From Eledone cirrhosa (lineage: Eukaryota), in NCBI GenBank assembly GCA_964016885.1, contig OZ024741.1, forward strand, positions 194,432,001 to 194,496,000: a stretch of 64,000 nucleotides of DNA. Reading direction: 5' to 3'. The stretch's first letter is position 1; the number at the start of each line of letters is the position of its first letter. Below, piece after piece: positions 62,831 through 64,000 of this stretch. Under the pieces are notes generated by a model that saw only the letters and a program-made list of their open reading frames with translations, had not been told where the DNA came from and made no database searches. A program made the position numbers and the translations under genes.

Positions 62831-64000
62831 TATATGTATTTTGGTTGACTTGTACTTAGAATTTGTTGGAAGCCAAAAAAGATAGTGACTAATCACCAAG
62901 TTGAATTCCTTGACTTCAGTGAAAATTGAGTACCATTTGACCAAAGTATCAACCATAATAATACTCCATTTGTGTTTGTATATTTATATATATATATCCA
63001 TAACTCTTTTAAATTTACATAATCCCACATATACACAATGCATTTTCTATATCTGTCATGTTGCTACAATAAGAAGTTTGCTTTCCAGTCATAAGGTCCA
63101 GGGTTCTAACCCCATATTTTCCTCTTCAATAGTTTTCTCCCAAGTTATTCATTCATCTAACCCTGTGTGTCATTTGTACATATATGCTGAACATTTAACC
63201 TAGAAATAAATGATCAAAATATCATTTTTATCTTTAATCAACATACCATAAATTTATCAATTCACAAACTTCCCAATTTGTATGATTGTTCATATATCCA
63301 GTAATCTTGGTATATATGGCACACCAATCCTGCACTCCAAAAGTCGAACACATTCAGTAATATTGCTGTCATTATTGATAACACTGGACTCATAATCCCA
63401 GTATATATATCGTATCCCAATCCTGGACTCCAAAAATTGAATACATTTGTCATTATTGATGGCACTGGTCTACTAGTATATATTATGCTTATCATTATTC
63501 AATGTTTCCATGCTGGCATGGGTTGGTCACGTCTTATTTGGAGTTACTACCTTCCTACACAGATTGGAAGACCACATTTCACTTGTATATTTCATTTTCG
63601 GCTGAATTCTCTTCCTAATGCCAATCACTTTACTATCAATGTTCTTGTTGTGGAAAAGAAGTAGTGATAAGGGGGTTTGGGGATGAAGGCATTGAGTATG
63701 GACAGATTAAATACCATTCTATCTCTATATCTCCCTCCCTCACTCTCTCTATCTATCTCTATATATGTCTCTATCTCTCACTCTCTCTTTCTCTCCCTGT
63801 GAATTACATTAAGAGTACATGGGCCTGTGGAATATTCAGCCACTTGTATATTAATTTCCCAATCAAACTGCTCCATTGTTCAAACAACTAGAGCACTCAT
63901 CATTGGAACCAAATGGAAGTCCAAAACACACTCGGATACACACACACACATAAACACAAACACACACACAGATGTATGTATGTGTGTCTCTGTGTGTCTT

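Noticed and set aside
28275-64000. CHP1 exon 2 (expected FS..QI.RLYSRF..LDK)
   Set aside because: Not recognised by eye. It probably lies beyond the window, so the intronic status of this region is inferred, not shown.

Overview
AT-rich, microsatellite- and transposon-dense metazoan DNA; the repeat landscape suggests a cephalopod (Octopus-like; inference). Three host genes are supported. NDUFAF1/CIA30 is complete on the minus strand (3 coding exons, 312 aa). Exon 1 of CHP1 (calcineurin B homologous protein 1) is on the plus strand, head-to-head with NDUFAF1, and no second exon was recognised in the remaining ~36 kb. The first coding exon of an N-acylated adenylate-kinase-like gene is on the minus strand. 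The rest is RTE, CRE, Tx1/L1, CR1 and Penelope-like retroelement relics, two SINE families, hAT/piggyBac/pogo-type MITEs, non-autonomous Helitrons, minisatellites and very long microsatellites, which explain most long ORFs in the track. The most notable signals: (i) short (TA)n-embedded repeats carrying type I hammerhead ribozyme folds, including a ~172-bp unit with a complete core, palindromic stem III and an unusually long stem II, present once alone and once as an inverted dimer in the presumed CHP1 intron; (ii) an RTE LINE family with a C4HC3 PHD-type finger inserted inside the reverse transcriptase. All coordinates were read by eye, and repeat boundaries are approximate.
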